This document shows, in pieces, positions 62,736 to 64,000 of a stretch of 64,000 nucleotides of DNA. Both the position numbers and the translations under genes were made by a program. The notes beneath the pieces are model-generated. The model had not been told where the DNA came from, ran no database searches, and worked only from the letters and a program-made list of their open reading frames with translations. The DNA comes from Macrostomum lignano. Lineage: Eukaryota. The stretch's first letter is position 1. Every line of letters starts with the position of its first letter. Where the stretch lies: positions 248,001 through 312,000 of the forward strand of contig NIVC01000056.1 in assembly GCA_002269645.1 (NCBI GenBank), read 5' to 3'.

Positions 62736-63142
62736 CTTGATGCCACTCGCAGATGTCCTTGAAAGCATGCATGTCTGGCCAACTGAATTCACAGAAGCGG
62801 ACTAGCTAGTGCCAGCGTAGACCAGACTTTCAGGGGTCATTTCCCTGTTTCCCGTTTCCCTGTTATCGATAGTAAAAAATCAACTCGCAAATGCCAATGA
62901 CCCGCCGCGGCACTGGCCCAGGGAACAGCTTTTGACATAGAGTATATGACACCCGCGCCGCACAATGCACTGCCTGCCTTCCTGTTCCGCTAAAACAACT
63001 TCATTAGCCTAAAGGATAAAAAATGCGACACAGGCCCAAGCCATTGTATTGGGGTGGGCCCCAAATTAGGAAAGTGACATCGGCTCTGCCCAGCTTGGCA
63101 GCATGAGACACAATTCAGCCAATAAACTCGCGAGCTGAGGAG

Positions 63143-63175
63143 CCAATCCGGCAGAACCACACGGCGGCTATAAAT
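63143..63175 (+). promoter_or_regulatory. Candidate core promoter of the neuropeptide precursor
   Basis: CCAAT at 63143-63147 and TATAAAT at 63169-63175, ~115 bp upstream of the ATG at 63290. Confidence 0.5.
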
Positions 63176-63289
63176 CCAGCACGTCCCGGACAAGCTGGCC
63201 CGGCCACTTTCGGCTGCGAACAAACGAGTTGGCGGCAAGACTGGGTCCATCAAAGATCTCCGAGCTCGATTTCTGAATTAATTTCAAAA

Positions 63290-64000
63290 ATGCCCGCCAG
63301 GCTGCTGTTGGCCGCCGCCTGTCTTCTGGCCGTCTGCCTGCCGGCTGCCGAAGGATTTCGAATTGTCGCACGGGTGAGAGGGCGGTCCCGGGGGCAGAGC
63401 AAGGAGCTTAATGTGCGCTCCCAGCAAACTGAGAAATTTACTCGTAAAGCGAAGTCCCTCCTGAGTAGCTGGGAACCGAATTTCGCAGCCAGGAATTTAT
63501 ATTTGCGTATTGCTGCAGGCAAAGACCAAGTGCCGTCTTGTTGATCTCAAATGTTTGAATAATTTTGAGCAAGTCTCTAGGGAGGTGTCAACTGGGTGCT
63601 CAGCAATTATCTGCACAAATATTGACTCAACTGGGACCAAATGCAGACGCTAGAAACTGATGAACTTTTCACCCCATCAATTTTAGACGCATCACGGAAG
63701 CAAACTCGCCAGCAGCTTCAAAAAACGGCAGGTCTACTTTGATCCCATCGACAACCGGAAGCGACAGGTCTACTTTGATCCCATCGACAACCGGAAGCGG
63801 CAGGTCTACTTTGATCCCATCGACAACCGGAAGCGACAGGTCTATTTTGATCCCATCGACAACCGGAAGCGACAGGTCTATTTTGATCCCATCGACAACC
63901 GGAAGCGACAGGTCTACTTTGATCCCATCGACAACCGGAAGCGGCAGGTCTACTTTGATCCCATCGATAACCGGAAGCGACAGGTCTACTTTGATCCCAT
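63290..64000 (+). CDS. Neuropeptide precursor (prepro-peptide with tandem QVYFDPIDN-RKR repeats); 3' end beyond the window
   Basis: join(63290..63373,63687..>64000) with a phase-0 intron (CGG|GTGAGA ... TTTTAG|ACG). Translation: MPARLLLAAACLLAVCLPAAEG-FRIVARTHHGSKLASSF-KKR-(QVYFDPIDN-RKR)x7-QVYFDP. All differences among the 36-nt units are synonymous. Confidence 0.9.

Overview
This is eukaryotic animal genomic DNA with GT-AG spliceosomal introns, GC-rich exons and introns packed with minisatellites. The style suggests a free-living flatworm such as Macrostomum, but that is inference. Eight host genes could be assembled by hand: an inversin-like ankyrin-repeat gene (-, runs off the left edge), jagunal/JAGN1 (+), an IRF2BP-family gene (-), CDC5L (-), a GT32 DXD glycosyltransferase (-), a two-TM guanylyl-cyclase-like gene with a probable NIT domain (+), an intronless peptide-type class A GPCR (+), and a neuropeptide precursor at the right edge (+). 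The precursor has a signal peptide and at least 7 copies of QVYFDPIDN between basic cleavage sites; the ORF track misses its peptide-coding exon. Mobile DNA includes a decayed Ngaro-like tyrosine-recombinase retrotransposon, a Penelope-like fragment with a hammerhead ribozyme motif, a Polinton/Maverick-type DNA polymerase B relic, two CORE-SINE copies, two related MITEs and one or two solo LTRs. More than 20 tandem arrays account for most of the long low-complexity ORFs in the track. There is no CRISPR array or rRNA gene, and no intact tRNA was recognised. Exon coordinates were derived manually from splice signals and frame continuity.
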